A stretch of 58,500 nt of DNA from Demequinaceae bacterium (lineage in GTDB: Bacteria; Actinomycetota; Actinomycetes; Actinomycetales; JAJYRW01). The translations under genes and the position numbers were made by a program. Below, one piece after another: positions 56,563 through 58,500 of this stretch. Under the pieces are notes generated by a model. The model was given only the letters and a program-made list of their open reading frames with translations, was not told the origin of the DNA and did not search any database. Position 1 is the first letter of the stretch, and each line of letters begins with the position of its first letter. The DNA is taken from assembly GCA_027322505.1 (NCBI GenBank), contig DAHVRJ010000074.1:1-58500 (forward strand), given 5' to 3'.

Positions 56563-58161
56563 GTGTTTGCTAGCCTCTCCGATCGCCTCGCGAATACCTT
56601 TAAATCGCTGCGAGGCAAGGGCCTGCTGTCGCAAGCAGATGTGGACGGTACCGTCCGGGAAATTCGCCGCGCCCTCTTAGACGCCGACGTCGCGGTACCC
56701 GTGGTGCGCCAATTTGCGGCGGCAGTGCGGGAGCGCGCGCTGTCCACGGAAGTATCCGCCGCGCTAAACCCGGCGCAGCAGGTAGTCAAAATTGTGCACG
56801 ACGAGCTCGTGCAGATTCTTGGCGGTGAGCAGCGCGAGCTGCACCTTGCTAAGCGCCCACCCACGGTAATCATGCTGGCGGGCCTGCAGGGAGCCGGTAA
56901 AACGACGCTGGCCGGAAAACTGGGCAAGCACCTGCGCGAAAAAGGCCATACCCCGGTACTGGTTGCAGCAGACCTGCAGCGGCCAAACGCGGTCACCCAA
57001 TTACAAGTGGTAGCCGAACGCGCCGGCGTTCCGGCTTTCGCGCCACACCCCGGGGCCTCGGAGGATGGCGAGCAGCCCGATGCCGGTCCCGGCGATCCGG
57101 TAGCGGTGGCGCAAGACTCGATTGAGTTTGCAAAAGACAAACTGCACGACGTTGTCATCGTCGACACCGCGGGCCGGCTCGGCGTGGATACCGAAATGAT
57201 GCAGCAGGCCGCAAACATTCGGGACGCGGTAGCGCCCGATGAGGTTTTGTTTGTCATCGACGCCATGACGGGGCAAGACGCGGTGACCACAGCCCAGGCC
57301 TTTGCCGATGGGGTGGGAATTACGGGCGTTGTGCTGTCCAAACTGGATGGAGACGCGCGCGGCGGTGCGGCCCTATCTGTTGCCTCCGTCACGCAGCGGC
57401 CGATCCTATTTGCTTCAACCGGTGAAGCGCTGAAGGACTTCGAGGTATTCCACCCTGACCGCATCGCCTCACGCATCTTGGATATGGGTGACATGCTCAC
57501 CCTCATTGAGCAGGCCGAAAAGGCATTTGATGCCGAACAGGCCGAGGCAATGGCGCAAAAGATGGAGTCCGGCGCCGGTTTAACGCTCGAGGACTTCTTA
57601 CAACAGCTTCAAGCTGTGAAACAAATGGGCTCCATGAAGAAGCTGCTGGGCATGATGCCCGGCATGGCTGAAGCCCGCGAGCAACTCGACAACTTCGATG
57701 ACCGCGATGTGGACCGCATCGAGGCAATTGTGCGTTCCATGACCCCGGCGGAGCGCAACAACCCGAAAATATTAAACGGCTCGCGGCGCTCGCGCATTGC
57801 CCGCGGTTCGGGAACAACAGTGACCGAGGTCAACCAGCTCATTCAGCGGTTTGAAGCGGCGCAAACAATGATGAAGCAAATGAACCGCGGCGGGGGCGGG
57901 ATGCCGGGTATGCCCGGGATGCCGGGGGCGCCGGGCATGGGCTTTGGCAAGAAATCACGCGGCCGCACTCCGCCCAAGAGCAAGAAGCGTAAAAAGGGCC
58001 GGTCCGGTAATCCGGCCAAGCGCGCCCAGCAGGAACGCGAAGCAGCCATGCGGGAAGCCCAGGGTGGCGCCGCCCCCGGATCCGCCTTCGGTATTGGTGA
58101 GACAAAACCGACCGAAAAAGATGTTGAAATCCCCCCGGGTTTGGATAAGTTTTTACGATGA
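56563..58161 (+). CDS. ffh: Signal recognition particle protein Ffh
   Basis: 532 aa. GLQGAGKTT, DTAGRL and SKLDGDARGG, a Met-rich M domain, and a basic Gly/Pro/Lys-rich tail. Confidence 0.95.
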   Translation: MFASLSDRLANTFKSLRGKGLLSQADVDGTVREIRRALLDADVAVPVVRQFAAAVRERALSTEVSAALNPAQQVVKIVHDELVQILGGEQRELHLAKRPPTVIMLAGLQGAGKTTLAGKLGKHLREKGHTPVLVAADLQRPNAVTQLQVVAERAGVPAFAPHPGASEDGEQPDAGPGDPVAVAQDSIEFAKDKLHDVVIVDTAGRLGVDTEMMQQAANIRDAVAPDEVLFVIDAMTGQDAVTTAQAFADGVGITGVVLSKLDGDARGGAALSVASVTQRPILFASTGEALKDFEVFHPDRIASRILDMGDMLTLIEQAEKAFDAEQAEAMAQKMESGAGLTLEDFLQQLQAVKQMGSMKKLLGMMPGMAEAREQLDNFDDRDVDRIEAIVRSMTPAERNNPKILNGSRRSRIARGSGTTVTEVNQLIQRFEAAQTMMKQMNRGGGGMPGMPGMPGAPGMGFGKKSRGRTPPKSKKRKKGRSGNPAKRAQQEREAAMREAQGGAAPGSAFGIGETKPTEKDVEIPPGLDKFLR

Positions 58162-58500
58162 CCCTGCATCTGACCGGTCCCGTTTATGACGCTGCTGGCC
58201 AGTTTCGGCCGGAAGCCTGGGTGGTGGACGGTCGGATTACCTACCACGATCCCGGCGGGGTGACGCAAACGGTTTCCGGGTGGGTGCTGCCCGGGTTGGT
58301 GGATGTGCACTGCCACATTGGCTTGGACGCCAACGGTCCGGTGAGCGCCGAAATTGCCGAAGCGCAGGCAATTGCTAACCGGGATAGTGGCGTGCTCTTG
58401 GCCCGCGATGCCGGTGTGCCATCTGACACATTTTGGATGGATGAGCGCGCTGATCTTCCCGCTATAGTTCGCTCGGGCCAGCACCTGGCGCGTCCTAAAC
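58158..58500 (+). CDS. Amidohydrolase-family metal-dependent hydrolase (5' part, continues beyond the window)
   Basis: The ATG at 58158 overlaps the ffh TGA (ATGA). The translation begins MTLHLTGPVYDAAGQFRPEAWVVDGRITYHD...VLPGLVDVHCHIG, which contains an HxH metal-binding motif. The frame is open to the end of the window. It is not in the ORF track because there is no stop. Confidence 0.65.
   Translation, partial: MTLHLTGPVYDAAGQFRPEAWVVDGRITYHDPGGVTQTVSGWVLPGLVDVHCHIGLDANGPVSAEIAEAQAIANRDSGVLLARDAGVPSDTFWMDERADLPAIVRSGQHLARPK

Noticed and set aside
56322-57506. 394-aa minus-strand ORF spanning the ftsY/ffh junction, and the 253-aa ORF at 55685-56446
   Set aside because: Both are antisense to the SRP GTPase genes, which have unmistakable motifs. 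Their composition is Ser/Ala/Arg/Thr-biased, and there is no start context or family signal.

Overview
This is a densely coding, high-GC actinobacterial chromosomal segment. Hand-counted 60-nt samples from the core give 63-70% GC. From memory, the gene order resembles the Mycobacterium tuberculosis Rv2445c-Rv2478c neighbourhood: ssb-like gene, ettA, thioesterases, glbO, a DsbA-like Rv2466c homologue, rpiB, tRNA-Gly/tRNA-Pro, tig-clpP1-clpP2-clpX, valS, folC, a DUF4233-like gene and ndk. These are followed by smc-ftsY-ffh. There are three tRNAs (Arg-UCU, Gly-UCC, Pro-UGG) and a T-box leader in front of ileS. No transposase, integrase, CRISPR array or rRNA was seen.

Four accessory blocks interrupt the core:
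1. A low-GC carbohydrate locus at about 4.9-13.4 kb (sampled 40-47% GC). It holds a secreted multidomain glycoside-hydrolase-like protein, a LacI regulator, an FAD oxidoreductase and a sugar ABC importer. It sits between the ssb-like gene and ettA.
2. Stand-alone PTS HPr/EIIB/EIIA genes.
3. A tightly coupled minus-strand sulfur cluster at 23.8-32.4 kb: an ABC importer of the sulfonate/taurine/nitrate type, acs, metY, a CoA-binding protein, cysK and cysE.
4. An FMN-reductase / LLM-monooxygenase / OsmC operon at 42.7-45.6 kb.

The most interesting observation is that both sulfur-acquisition units are preceded by unannotated small ORFs packed with Met and Cys codons. The first is MRMRMCMMCRSNF at 42786-42827. 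The second is a 44-aa ORF ending in CRMCFSMLCPGM at 32646-32512. Alternative-pairing elements lie downstream of the first. I interpret these as candidate sulfur-sensing leader peptides; this is inference and untested.

Other second-look items:
- An orphan LPXTG sorting signal that is open in frame directly after the TAG stop of a dynamin-like GTPase.
- A MalQ-like protein that appears to have lost its catalytic motifs.
- A CPWA (single-Cys) DsbA-like protein.
- An eRF1-like (baeRF-type) protein directly downstream of clpP1P2-clpX.
- Several short tandem and inverted repeats in intergenic regions.

All family assignments come from motif recognition by eye. No database search was run.
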